Assembly: GCA_017499595.2 (NCBI GenBank)
Contig: CM038999.1
Coordinates: 1,798,001 to 1,862,000 of the forward strand
Length of the DNA stretch: 64,000 bases
Reading direction: 5' to 3'
Origin: Psilocybe cubensis
Taxonomy: Eukaryota
Under the pieces are notes generated by a model. That model was not told the origin of the DNA, did no database searches, and worked only from the letters and a program-made list of their open reading frames with translations. Within the stretch, counting starts at the first letter, position 1. Each line of letters begins with the position of its first letter. Position numbers and translations under genes: made by a program. Of the stretch, positions 49,240 through 62,193 are shown piece after piece.

Positions 49240-51021
49240 ATGGAACGACCTCACCCTGCTGAAAACTCTGAGCAGTTCTCTTCGGACGAACCGCTTAGAT
49301 ACAGACATTCGTATGATGACGAGATAAATGAAAACACGCCTGGTGAAGGTGTTCATTTAGCATCCATACAGGAAAAGAAACGCCTTTGGTGGAGGAATGC
49401 CATTATAAATACCATATTTATTGCTTGTTGGTGCGTTATATAGCTCACACACGCTATGTATTTTTCATTACAGGGCATAGGTTTCTTTTTGCAACTTTGT
49501 TATCCGTGTACAACAAATGGATGTTCTCGCCAGAACACCTTGGATTCCCCGCCCCCCTATTTGTGACGACAATCCATATGTTTATCCAGTTTGCTCTTGC
49601 GGCTCTTCTCCGATATTTCTGGCCAAAAACTTTCAAACCCCGGCACGATCCTACTAGGGAAGATTATGCGTAAGTCGTCCCCTTAAGGATCATGTAAATC
49701 CGGCTTTGCTGGCAGGGCGTGCTAATTTGTAAATGAAGAAAAAAGGCTGTCCCAACAGCTGTTGCCACTGGCCTGGATATTGGCCTTTCCAACTTATCTC
49801 TGAAAACGATAACTCTATCTTTCTATAGTGGGTGCCTTCATAACTAGCCATACGACCTTGAAAACTCAACAAGTTGTTTGTTGCACAACAGCCATGTGCA
49901 AATCATCATCATTAATCTTCGTCCTCGGCTTTGCATTTCTATTCCGTTTAGAAGTCTTTTCGTGGCGCCTAGTCGCGGTAATCTTACTTATATTCTCAGG
50001 GGTGGTCTTAATGGTGGCGACCGAGGCACATTTTGTGCTGGAAGGTCTAATTCTCGTACTGAGTGCGAGTGCACTTGGGGGTCTTCGCTGGAGTCTTACC
50101 CAAGTGCTTTTGAAAAGTAAAAACATGGGATTTGACAATCCAGCGGCGACAATTTTCTGGCTTGCACCTTCGATGGGGATTACTCTAGGAATATCCAGCG
50201 CTATTCTGGAAGACTGGTCAAGCATCTTCCGCAGCAAATTTTTTGAAGGCACGATTCGGACATTGGGGACACTATTTTTCCTGACGACACCAGGGGCCAT
50301 AGCATTTTGCATGGTGCTGAGCGAGTTCTAGTACGTCTGTCGTAAAATTTGAATGATTGAAAGATGTTTACCACTAATTATAGCATTTTGCAACGCGCAG
50401 GAGTGGTGCCTATGTCAATAGCTGGCATTGCAAAAGAAGTTTCAACAATCTTGATCTCTGCCTGGTTCTTTGGGGACAAACTTACATTGATTAATGCCAT
50501 CGGTGTCGCGATTACGGTGTGCGGTGAGTGCATAGGGACTGTCTCTTAACCATTCTTCGATTAAGCCGGTTTCAAAGGGATCGGACTGTTCACGCACCAT
50601 AAATATCGCAAGTCTCTGGACTCTACAGTTCCCTTGGATGCTCATGGCAACCCGATTGTCGAGCTGGATGACGCGCTATTGCTGCCTGATGAGAATGAAG
50701 GGTACAGACCAGTTGAAGAAAGCATCGGATTGACTTTGACACGTGAAGGGAACGATGTGGACTACGAGGTTCGTTGAATGCACCATGACCCGGGTTCCAG
50801 GGCAGAAAAAGGACAAAAAACTGACCAGACACCCGACACAGGGGGACGAGAGGAGCGACGGCCTGGTAGAGAGACCGGAGGACAATGAAGCTGAAGAACG
50901 GCACCCGCTGGTGGCTCCTGAGTTTCAGAGGGACTCCGGGTACACCGGCGAGACCAGACGAGGCCGAAATGATCTAGAACAGGCAATACAAGCGGAGGAT
51001 AGAAAGGGATGGGATGGATAG
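49240..51021 (+). CDS. TPT/nucleotide-sugar transporter family protein (SLC35C2/Ymd8-like)
   Basis: W|FLFATLLSVYNKWMF, FPAPLFVTTIHM, ATGLDIGLSNLSLKTITLSFY|TMCKSSSLIFVL, GGLRWSLTQVLL, SIAGIAKEV. Start codon approximate. Confidence 0.9.
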
Positions 51022-51458
51022 AGTATATCGAGCAAAGGATAGATTAGCTTTGGAGATAATAAGCTTATGACGATGAAGGAGAGGGCGCGATAACCCCATT
51101 ACAGACTGACAACGAAAGAGGCACGTGCGGGCGCGTAAATGTGTGACTGTGACATGGAAAAGGATATTTTGAGGGGGTCTGGAGGGAGCCGAGAAATGCC
51201 GTGTCTGTGTTTCAAAAGAAAGCGCATGGATGTTGACGTAATAAGGGCGCTGTACTGTCAGCTTGGTTGGATGCGAGTGCGCGGCCGCTGCACAGCTGCG
51301 TGCCATTGCGTGTGGGAAAGATTGCTAATGTTTGATTCCATTTGGACCAGATCCGATCTGAGGGGCGAAATTGGCACGTTGGCATGCCTCTGTAAGTTGA
51401 TCATTTAAAAGCGATCCATCTCTTTCTTGTTCCTTTTATCCACACCGCTTCTCCCAGC

Positions 51459-52970
51459 ATGGAGGACTCTTTCCAATTTATTATAGAATCCCCTCAGCAC
51501 AGTCAAGGCCACAAGAAGCGTCCTCGTCTCGTCACCTCCTGCGACAACTGGTTCGTTCTCTCTCTTCTTCTTCCCCGTCCCCAGCTCACCCCGTTCCAGT
51601 CGTCTCAAGAAGATCAAGTGTCTTCAACCGTCTCCAGAGTCAAAGTGTGAGGCATGCAAGGCTGCAAAGATTGCCTGTCGGTTTCGGGACAGGGAGCGCT
51701 ATTTTGCTGAGCGCAGTAGAGCCATCGCGGGCCCTAATTCTAGTGTGTATGCGACGGAGCTCAGGTGTGCATTTTCTCCCTTCTTTTCTTTCATACTCGC
51801 TCACATCCTTCTCCACATCACAGGTCGGAGCCCAGTTCCACCCTAGATGCTTTCTCGGTGGCCTCCGGTTCCTCCAGTCCCTCCCTTTCTTCGTCCGATC
51901 CACGGTCGAATTCCCACTCGCCTAAAGCAAGTGGAATGGTGTCAGCGGATATTGAGCACTCGGGCAGATACCCGTCTTATGCCCCAGACTCGCGTCATAT
52001 TGGGCCTTCCCATGGGTATGTTTTCGCCCTTTTTTGCCCTGCCTCGCCCGTCTTATTGGTTTCCAGGCATTCTTCTTCTATTTCGTCTTTTGATTCTTTA
52101 AGAAGTAACACCGGAGTACCTCCTTATAATAATTTTGTTGGACATACACCACCTCTATATCCTACTGTTTCGCGTAACTCATACCAAGGCGACCAGCGTC
52201 CTATTCAACTATTCGACCCAGAGAATCCCCAGCGGCCACATCCTAATTTGATGACTCATTTCATTCAAGTCTTCTTCGATCGACACGGTCAAGATTTCAC
52301 CTTCCTTACATATCAAGATGTCCTGGCAGATTTCTGGGAACAAAGATTATCTCTCATCTTAGCCAATTGTATAGCCGCTATGGCCGTAAAGTACGTCCCG
52401 ATTCCCCTTCCCTCCCCTCCCCTCCCCGTGCCCTTCAAATTTCTCATTCTGCTCCATCAGATACTCTAATATCTCAGAATTTTCCGCACGCGACCTGCAT
52501 AATGTTGCCGAGAACTACATAGATATCGCAAAGGTACATGCATTCATGTATCGATTGAATATTTCTAGTGCTCAATTTTTCTTCTGCCAGCATCTGCTAA
52601 CCAGCATGGCACATATCCCGTCTTTGGAGACGTTACATGGTCTAATGCTGTTATGTTGGCTAGAGCACAATCATCATAGGTTGCCTGGTGGGTTGGATAC
52701 GGAAGTCACGATACGTGGATCGAAATCTGATTGATTGGTAACAGGTTTCCGAACTTACTACGGGATGGCTGGGAAAATGGCCAACGATCTCGGCCTTCAA
52801 GATCCACATAATCTAGAACTCTATCCCAGCGAGTACGAGCGATCCCGCAGGCGCGCTACCTGGAACGGTATGGTCCAGTTACACATTACTGCAAATTCCT
52901 GTGGGTTTCCAGTGTCGTGAGCATCCAAAACATGCCTGCTGACTCGTTCCTTCGTACAGTTCGATCATAG
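51459..52970 (+). CDS. Zn(II)2Cys6 transcription factor with a short middle-homology region
   Basis: KKRPRLVTSCDN|CRLKKIKCLQPSPESKCEACKAAKIACRF. Later FIQVFFD, SLETLHGLMLLCWLE and MANDLGL..ERSRRRATW. Confidence 0.92.
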
Positions 52971-54328
52971 ATAATCTTACTGCATGGACAATCACGTCCT
53001 CATTCTGTTATGCTTTATTCTCGTGCATTATAACTATCATATATTCCGCTAATCTCATACTATTGACCTCATTTGTGCTTTGCTTTTCGCCGATGCTGCC
53101 TTAGCAGAATCGTTCTTATACACCCCAAGAGATCCCGTATTGTAGCCGGTCCTACAATACAGGATTTTCTTATTAGTAGCATATTTTGACAATGCTGTTG
53201 GCTACTTTGAAATGGCAAGACCGAAGGCATCGGCATATGTCGACTTGTAAGAATTCATGACATCAAGTGGCCGCACAGCTTAGATGAAACACGAAGGGTT
53301 AATTCTACAACAATCTTCTTCCATCTTAAACTACGCTGTCAGAAGCGCAGTTCTAAATATATTTGAAAAATTTGATTATGGCTTGGACGGCTTCGGTTGA
53401 GCACCGATCTCTTGCGCAATCGTGGTGACGTGAAGTCTGCAATAACTCGCTATCCCGACGCTGTGTCTTCATTAACCATAATTTGTCGTCGAGGTCAGAT
53501 ATCTGCTTTTGTATGAGCGCCGCAGACATCCGTCTTTGAATGCCGACACGTGGAGGTTAGGTCCCAATAGTGTTCAAGGCGGGAGTCTCCCCCCTTCGGA
53601 TCCAACTCTGCCAAAAATTATTTATATCGCTTGACAGTCGGCTTTTCGCCCTTTTTTTCGCCCCTGTGATTGACCCGAAGAAGCCAAGTAGGCTGATACA
53701 CACTCTGTCCGGCAAACATACGGGACAAATACACGAGCAAGTCATCTTTCAAAGTACTATATTTACTGTTTTCATTGCTTTACATTACACATCTCAATCT
53801 CCTGCGTACTCTTTTCTTCCGGTTCCTTGTCCCCCGGACGCGCACTGCTCATCGCGCTCGCGTTCGCACATGTCATTCTGCCATTGATTCAGATATCGAG
53901 GAATGTGATATTCTGATACATTTTGCCCCCGAAAGATGTGAGATACCAGATACTTACCATCCTGGGAGGGACTAGGTAAAATATAGCAGAGTCATTTCGT
54001 TACTTTTTAGTGTGTCCGGCCGCTCATAGGTCGCTAGAGTAGCCTTGGCACCCAACGAAATCCATCTTTGATCGCCACACATCGAGTCCAAGCACGCTCT
54101 GTCTACCGTGGTCCACATGCCACTCACTGTCACCAATTTAAATCACATCAGATCACTGTAGCGCGACGTTACATCGGATTCGATAAACAGTATGTCACCT
54201 GGGTAATTATGGTCAATTCTATATCTCGTTATTATGTAGTCTACTAGCTTTGTGTCGCCGCGTTATCCTCGTCTTTGTCTACGCGCTCATTGTTGTTTTG
54301 CTGGGTGACGCGCTGCCCTGCTTTCCCC

Positions 54329-56413
54329 ATGCCTGGTATCGACCCCACGGACTCCAATGCTTTCACAATCGCTGCCTACATGCGCGTAACTTCCATTGCG
54401 ATCGCGGCTTATGAGTGAGTATCTGATTCTTTCTATATATACCTCCAAGCAAGGCGCTAAATTTCCAATGCTCGCCCAATTTTACTGCGACTGCGACCTG
54501 TCGACAGCTATCTGGAAACGCAGCCGACATCCTGGCGATTCTACAAGGAACACTGGCAATCTCGACGATTGACGTGAATATACTCTTCTTCCATTCCCCA
54601 ATCTTCCCATAAAATTTTCGACGAGGAAAACTCATGTTTTGATCTACCCACAGTATATCCGTTCTGTTGTTCTCTCTTCTTCGGTAAGCAGCATGCTCCT
54701 CGGCCAAGTGAATGAATCATGGTGACCTCTCAACTTGGCGTGTAATCCAGCGCTGTGAGCATAGCTACGCTTACCATAAGCAATGTCAGTAATGAACTGC
54801 CAGGTGGTGGTTCGAACATGAGAGCCTTTTTCATTAAACAAGGTTGATCCCAGGTTGGGTTTTTCTATGCCCATTTCACGCAAGCATCATGCTCCCGGTT
54901 TTTCCTGTGGCCGCCCTCTTTTAAAGGTACCTAATGACATCATGAGTAAAATCTTGATCATAACTGACAGTAATCTTCTATGGTACAGTCGTGCAAGCAA
55001 TGGTGACCCAGGCGATCCTGGGTGTTCGGTGAGAAGGCTCCCAAGGAAATTTCTGCCTTCCGCCATTGAAACCATCATCCGAGCAGTGCATTTAACCTAT
55101 CGAGGCGCAAAAAAATCATAGGCTGGTTTCTGCTTTCAGTGTATTGTATAGCTTGTGTTGTGAGTACTTACGCGATCTCGGGAGTAAATGAAGACTGATT
55201 CAATGATTGAAAGCTACAATGGCTGACCACGCTGTACAAAAGAAAACGCAAGTCATTTTATCAATGAAACTTTATGAGATTATTACTGACTGGTGTCTTT
55301 TCCCACACAGCGGTAGTAGGAGGAGATACTCATGTGGGTTGTTGAGTTTTTTTTGCTGATGTATTAAGTGCCCATCTAGCTATGTTGCAGAACAAGTAAG
55401 TTGGTAGATCTGCTACGGCTCCAATATCCGGTCTAATGAAATCCAGTTGTCGTGCAGTAAGCCAAGTAAAGTCGTTAGGAGCTTATGCTTTCTACGCGGT
55501 TGCAATCTCATACGACGTGTTGACGACGTTAATATCGATATACTACCTTTTGAAGTACAAACTGGCATCCACCAACTCTGTGTAGGTCCAATGATTTAAT
55601 TCTCAGGAGCTGGCAGTTGATTGCTTGATCTTTCATAGTACAGCAAAACTGTCGAAAATGTGAGCCTGAACCTCTGACGAGATGATTTGCTTTCTCAGAC
55701 ATTTTATCTCAGGATGCTTTACGATGGCCTTGGGTACCTTTTCGTGCTGACAGGTAAGATCGATGGTTCCTTGCATCAAAAAAAACTGCTCTAAAGCTTC
55801 TCCTTTTTTGCTCAGGCATCAATATCTTCAACCTGATTCTATTCAAGACCAGTCAGGATATTCAAGTGGGTACCATTGTATTGACACATTTCGTGAACAT
55901 TTTGCTCATATACGTGGTTTCAATAACAGACTGCTGCGTGGGTGGCTTTTTTGCACATCGAGATATATTACCAGCCGTCTAATTTTATCCCGACAGCGCA
56001 TCTCTAGGCTACTGTGTCTCCTGGATCATGTCACAAAGACTATTGATCCATCTTTACGGTACGAGCTCCAACAACCAATTTCACCGCTTCTGGAACCCTC
56101 ATTAAATCCCTTGTGAACAGATGCATCTCGTGAGCGCCGCGAAGAAAGCCTGGAAGGGGCCGAGATAACCATATCAAAACATATTGGAACCGCACGCGAT
56201 GTGAGCCGTGTGGTCAGAACCCGTTTCGACCAAAAGAGTGATACCCCGTTCGACCTTGTTCGACGGCCAACAACTGCAGACTCGGAGACTGAAGAAGGAT
56301 ACCCAGAAGATCATGTAGGGGTGGAGGTCCGGATTGAAAGGACAGTAAAGCTAAATCACTACTCAAGAACATATGAACTGGAAGACTACTCGCATCGCAG
56401 CCAAAATCGATGA
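54329..56413 (+). CDS. Orphan 7-transmembrane (GPCR-like, DUF6533-like N-terminus) protein built from ~17 short exons
   Basis: Manual splicing gives MPGIDPTDSNAFTIAAYMRVTSIAIAAYD|YLETQPTSWRFY..ISVLLFSLLR|AVSIATLTISN|VGFFY..SCSRFF..VQAMVTQAILGVR|AFNLS..IGWFLL..|NCRAV..YDVLTTLISIYYLL..MLYDGLGYLFVLT|GINIFNLILF..|TAA|ASLGYCVSWIMSQRLLIHL. Boundaries around 55250-55395 are ambiguous. Confidence 0.8.
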
Positions 56414-56738
56414 ATATGCTGATATTTTTTAACATTTCTATTTCACTGTCATTGTACATTTACGATCTCCGATGTACACTATTCTACTACTTTTATCTTG
56501 TATAGTTTTGGGCAGGTCAGTAGGTCAAACTGGCATCTTTTTATACTCTCCGGTATTCATTCATATTCATATGGAAGTGTTTCGCAATAAATAATATCAT
56601 AGTACAAATATAATTATCGCAGGGGGATCCTATGGGTCCCGTTTATAAGTGTGTGTGGTCCTACTGCTACGTGAATTCTATCAAAAAAGAAGCACAAGGG
56701 GATAATGGTGTGAAAGATGACGACAGCGTGTGATAAAA

Positions 56739-57933
56739 TCAAGTGTCGCGAGAGATGGTCTTTTGAATTTTGGCCCACGGAAGATCTCCTTCGAATAAGG
56801 TATCTTCCCCGCCTTCAGCATCGCCGGGACACCAATCAAGCAATGATGCGATTTCGGGAGACGAAGTATGGTAGGGATGATATCTTGCGAAGGGATTCCG
56901 TGAGCGGCGCTTATTGATTAATAATGAATGACACCCATATAAGTCGAGGCTGTATGGGAGGTACCCATTCTTTTTCTGCGAGTATCATGAATGAACATAT
57001 ATATGGTTAGAGAAGAAAGAAAACAAACGGACCTCTCCCTCTATCGCGTTCGTGCCACCATCATGGTTTGGATCTACTCCCACGTAGTAGAACTTATTTC
57101 TAGGCCATTTTATAGCTTTTCGATGCAGTTCTGTAAATCTTTGTCTCTTGAACTCGTATCCGACGATGGTAATCTTGGTTGGGAAGTGCCCTGTGAATTC
57201 TTGGAAGCGCGCAATCGAGAACAAAAGGTTTTGATAAGAATCCATCGCATAGTTTTCGGTTGTCGTCCTCATCTCAATAGATGATAATGATTGGTCAGAG
57301 CCTCTGGAAAGTATGCCTGCCGTTTGTGCGAGTCGTAGATACGATTCTGCCTCAGTCGTTGAAGATGCAGTTTTTGTTTGACCTCTTTGGGTTGACTTAG
57401 TTGCATTATCACAAAATCATGGAGGACCTTACCCGGAGAAGATAAGAAGTGATTTTGGATCTTCTTTAGCGAGTTGTACACTGACGAACACACGATGAAT
57501 GTGACACATGGACCCAAAGAGTTGTATTATCTTACCTTTTCAAGATATGCTCATAAAATGCCTGCACACGACCGGGTCCTGTTTGGTATGGTTCCAGAAA
57601 CCAGTCTTTCTCTTCTAGCCAGGAGTGGGATGCACCCTTCCAAATAGAATGACAAGGTACAACGATTAGGTGGTCGAGGGATGCTCGCTCCTTAGGATGG
57701 CTAACTGCTAGCAGAGAGGCCCGATTCCGGTACTGAGTTAAAGCAATTGAAGAGTCGGACAACCAATACCGCAAGTTGAGAAGCAGAGAAAGAGAACATA
57801 TTCCAATCAGCAAGAAGACGCCGAGATTCGTTAGCCTTGACCGCCTGGTCAATGATTCCAGGAGTTTCTTGCGAGGGGAAGTATCCAAACGAGCCCTGCG
57901 TTGATATCTGGATACTGAAGGTGATGGAAGCAT
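56739..57933 (-). CDS. YOR238W-like (DUF218-related) type II membrane protein
   Basis: N-terminal TM. HLIVVPCHSIWKG, LIFSGGQT..TTEAESY, TTENYAMDSYQNLLFSIARF...ITIVGYEFKRQRFTELH, DLYGC...RNPFARYHPY. Confidence 0.82.
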
Positions 57934-58254
57934 GAAATATGGTCCCTTTTCAGCATTCCTCTCGTTCCTAATGACGAGGGAGACGTTGGGGACGATGAGG
58001 TATGGCTTGGAATGAAGGCAGCATTTGTGTGACGAGTCGCCATTATCCAAATAAAGAAAGTCTGTTTATTTATAATATGTGGCTGTGAACTAGATTACAG
58101 TAATTTTTTCTAAATTCATGCACTTCGTGAAAACCCTGATGCAGAAATCGATTAATTGCTGACTAGACAGGGAAATAGTGTTGAATAATTTAGTTATCAT
58201 AGAGTCAATTATGCTTCCTTAACGCTAACGTAAATCAAAAGTTGCGAAGGTTTA

Positions 58255-60051
58255 CTACTGCGTTGACTCTTGCTCTATTGCCCATTTTACGGCTTCTTCA
58301 ACATTTTCTGCGCAGTGTGTGGGCAAATGAGAAGGTGGTCCCCTTGATGGATCATAAACACCTGTCTTAACCAGGACTGAGGACCAATTTGCAGCATTTG
58401 CACCGGCGATATCTTAGATCCAAGTCAATACATTGACAACGCTTCGAGTTAATAATTCAAAACATACCTGATTCTGGATTGTCTGCATGAAAAAATGATT
58501 GATATCATCCGCTGGATATCACTTGGACAAATAAAATTCTTACCTCCAATCATATATCTGCATGATCCTCAGAACCGGCTTTCATCTGAAAAAAATAGAA
58601 GGCTTACATTCGCGGGGTGTATGGGGTTTCAGCACCGTATAAATCTTTGATACGCTCCTGTAGAAGTTCTTTGGCAAAAGAATATGTGGCCTCAGTGGGC
58701 TTCCCGTATTGTACATGGGGGTATTCAGCTCCAGTTATATCCTTTTACAATTAGTAAATTGGTCGGGAAAGCGGAGAGAAAAGGAAGTATACCTTGAAGA
58801 CAGCTTGGAATGCCGTTTTGAAAGCCCCTTGGCCGAGTCTTGGCCTATCGAAGTCTGATTTCCACAGGAGGTCGGGGTTACAAAATATTAGCTTCACAGG
58901 CTCTTTCTGTTTGTCCAAATCTCGGTAAGGGCCGCCAATAATCCCTGAGGACAAAATCACATCGCATGCAACCTGAACTGAATTACTTGAAGATTAGCTA
59001 TGAGATTGAATGTTATCCTTTGGAGAGACTCGCCGTCAAGAGCCCAATTTCTTGGGTCGTGATAGACAAAAATGGCTGATATGGGTGTGTTGGAAAAGTC
59101 GACATCCTACATGATATCTATTAGCTAGTTGGCATCTAGTCGATTGAAGAATAACTAAGCACCTCTGTACATTTCTTTTCTATATCTGACAACTTGTGGA
59201 AAGGCCACACACTGATAGCCCCATGAATAGTTTATGGAATTGTAAAAACCGCGGGACTTACGCTGGATTCCACGCCAGGACGTCTAGCGTCGTGTACGCT
59301 TTCTGGTAGCCATATCTTGTAATTTTCCGTTAAATGACTCATACAAGCATTAAAGAAAGAAAGATACCCTTTCGCAACTTGTCGAACAGTATCTAATTCC
59401 CCACCTAGAACTAGCACTGGTTTATCCTGGTATTCGTGGGCTGACCTTCGAAGAATAGTGTGCGCCTGACAATACTGACTAGGAGATATCTATAATTTAG
59501 CAATAACAGTCGGATTGGGGTTTAACTATTTGAAGAGGCGAGTTGCAACGACGGACAATTGACTCACAGGAAAACCTAGTTGTGCGCTCAGTTTTTTGCA
59601 TCGTTCATGTTCCGCGACTCCGCCGCCATTTGTGAGCTATTTGTACTTCAATGAATCATAGTTGCCCATAATTAGCCATGAAACCCACTAGAATATATGG
59701 TATCTTCCTGTGACGACCCGGACATGTCAGAACAAGATGTAGGGTGAAGGGTTTTATCCTACTTGTTGAAAGGATTATTTCCTTCTAGAATGTCTAGAGC
59801 TCGTTTTGCAGCTGGGAGCACATCGGGACCTCGAAGAAGAACTCCATCCTAAGATGTTTCAGAGAAAATAAGACAGTTTTGGCCATCTAACTCACAATAT
59901 CAAAGGCAAATGCCAGCGGAGGAGGTTGGTTTGCCCCTAACTTCGCCCCAAGGTTTAGTTGAGAAAGATCCCGTCCTCTCGCAATGATGCATCTAAACGA
60001 GGGTTTATAGTTTTTCCCCTTTAAAATATGGCGCACACAGTAGAGTTGCAT
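58255..60051 (-). CDS. HAD-superfamily subfamily IIA hydrolase (CECR5/HDHD5-like), probably mitochondrial
   Basis: PLAFAFDI|DGVLLRG (DxD motif I), LTNGGG, YHDPRNWALD, CNPDLLW..RLGQGAF, YGKPTEATY, YMIG|DNPES|DIAGAN..SVLVKTGV. Confidence 0.92.
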
Positions 60052-60352
60052 ATAACAGGCGAAATTATCAGTACGAAGAATCTGTTAGTAGTTGGGACAG
60101 GCCTTGTCGGGCACTTGTTGAGGAAGTCCTAAACAGACGAATAGTTTAGCGAGTGGCTGTGTCGCGATTATACATCTCTACCCTGAAACTCAATTTACCA
60201 TCTTACTCCTTACTCTTTTAACAATTCTCCGGGTTGTGTTCAATCCTACGCCAAAAATCAGTCCTCTAAGAGCTCAATGTACAGTAAAAGATAAAAGTAT
60301 GTAGTTCATTATCAGCAGACGACGGAGTACTAACGTGAACACGTAAGGAAGA

Positions 60353-61969
60353 ATGAGCCTTTTCGTTGAGTCGATACCCTCGCAATTTGGAAATGCATCA
60401 CCTTCAGTCTCGCTTGAACGGGGAAACTACAGGATGAGGGCTCCTGCTCTTCGCCCCCCGCCTCTTTTGCTTCAAGAGAAAGGGCGAGAAACTGTGATAC
60501 CTAATCGAAAGGTTGTTCATCACCGCATCAACAGAACTTTGGTGTCTCTTCTCATGTTACTCACTGTTGCGTGTTTGACATGCTTTGGATCAGCCTACTA
60601 TCTCTATACAACGAGGTGGGACATTCGAATCGTATCTCCCTACAGCACTTCTAATGCCGTATCCGAAGTCGTCGTATCTGACATGGATATCGACGACACG
60701 GACTTTTCGAAAAAATACTTGACATACCTGCCACATAGTGGCTTCCATAATCAACGCATCGCTCTCGAAAATGCTTTGTTGCTTTCACACCTACTTCGTC
60801 GCACGCTCCTTGTACCACCTATTCTGCTAGGAAACAAACCCTTGCGCTATGTTGAATATAATACCCTCTTTCGTCACCATGAACTATCAAGCAAAGAAGG
60901 TCTAGGCCACTGTCCGGGAATTCCTGTCTACATTAGCCTCCCTGTTGAATGTCTTCATTACTTCGAGACGTCTTATGTTCCTTGGACCTGGTTAGTTGAC
61001 CTTTCGACACTCTCTGCTCATCAGTCCCTCTTCCATAGGCCAAATATGTCACAAGCTTGGCTACATGCGAGATTCAGCATCACTTCGACTGACGTATATG
61101 TCCTACGCGATGATACGCCTTACCAATTTCGCTTTTTGGATACTTTGGGAGATTCCTCTCCGCCAACAGATAAATACCAGGAAGATGTATATATCACCGA
61201 GCTTGCTGCAATTCCAGAACGTCTTTTGCAGATCGGGACGTTGTTTGGGACCTCTCGTCTTCGCCTGAAAAACTCTGACAATATTGCTTACCTTGAAATG
61301 GTTCGGCGCAAGATGATTTTTGCGAACTTAGATCTTGTTGCTGCAGCCGATAGTATAAGTCAATCGCTCCATTATTCCTACTTGGGGGTGCATTTACGAT
61401 CTGGCGATGGCAAATTCAAAACAGCAATTGGCACTACCGTTAAAGCAATATGGTGGAACATTCTCCATTCGATGCTTAACTTTTCGTTGGCCCAAATCTG
61501 CGATGTGGAGAACAAAATTTTGGGAGATATGTCTGCATGCATGAATTCCGACATGAAGCACATTGTCACGGTCAACAGCAATGCTTTTCCGCCAAATTCA
61601 TCATGGCCACTTGCATACAAAGGACCCTGTCGCTGGTCTCGTCACCGTGAACAGAAATATGACCTATTAAATACTCCCATATATGTTGCGACTGACTTGC
61701 AGTTTCCTGAGACGCACCCAGAGATGTTAATAATGCGGCAGACTTTTCCTTGTCTATTCTTTTTGGCCGACTTTAAAAAGGAGATTACACCACTTGAAAA
61801 GTTAGTTAGCCCTTACGATGGGGTAGGGCTGGGGCAATTTGTTCTTCCTTTCGTTGATGGTTTAGTTTTAGGGAAGGCTGTGAACGTCGTAGGCACTGAA
61901 GGAAGTACGTTCAGCAAATTTGTAAAGGAGGTTCTTTGGAACAACTACACAGCCTCTGTACTTGACTGA
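60353..61969 (+). CDS. O-fucosyltransferase-like (GT-B, CigA-like) type II membrane protein, intronless, 538 aa
   Basis: TM segment (LVSLLMLLTVACLTCFGSAYYLY). YLPHSGFHNQRIALENA..RTLLVPP, YLGVHLRSGDG (H-x-R), IYVATD and GTEGSTFS are the nucleotide-sugar binding motifs of POFUT-like enzymes. Confidence 0.82.
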   Translation: MSLFVESIPSQFGNASPSVSLERGNYRMRAPALRPPPLLLQEKGRETVIPNRKVVHHRINRTLVSLLMLLTVACLTCFGSAYYLYTTRWDIRIVSPYSTSNAVSEVVVSDMDIDDTDFSKKYLTYLPHSGFHNQRIALENALLLSHLLRRTLLVPPILLGNKPLRYVEYNTLFRHHELSSKEGLGHCPGIPVYISLPVECLHYFETSYVPWTWLVDLSTLSAHQSLFHRPNMSQAWLHARFSITSTDVYVLRDDTPYQFRFLDTLGDSSPPTDKYQEDVYITELAAIPERLLQIGTLFGTSRLRLKNSDNIAYLEMVRRKMIFANLDLVAAADSISQSLHYSYLGVHLRSGDGKFKTAIGTTVKAIWWNILHSMLNFSLAQICDVENKILGDMSACMNSDMKHIVTVNSNAFPPNSSWPLAYKGPCRWSRHREQKYDLLNTPIYVATDLQFPETHPEMLIMRQTFPCLFFLADFKKEITPLEKLVSPYDGVGLGQFVLPFVDGLVLGKAVNVVGTEGSTFSKFVKEVLWNNYTASVLD

Positions 61970-62193
61970 GTTTGTAATTAGAAAACAATCATGCCATCAA
62001 AATTTCCGGAGGCAGCCGTATGAATCAGTGTTGCGGTGTTGTCGGCACTGTGCTCATATCACACCAACTGCGTTGCTATGGATAACTATAACAGCGTTAT
62101 GATCTGTTTCGGCGCAGATGATAAAACTGGGCAGCCTTGGAATATGTTCCCTTGTCCCTGGTACCCCATCCCATCCTCACACTGATCACAGCA

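Noticed and set aside
37342-52970. Possible secondary-metabolite cluster (monooxygenase, dehydrogenase, transporter, Zn2Cys6 factor)
   Set aside because: There is no PKS, NRPS, terpene synthase or RiPP precursor, and the genes are interspersed with housekeeping genes.
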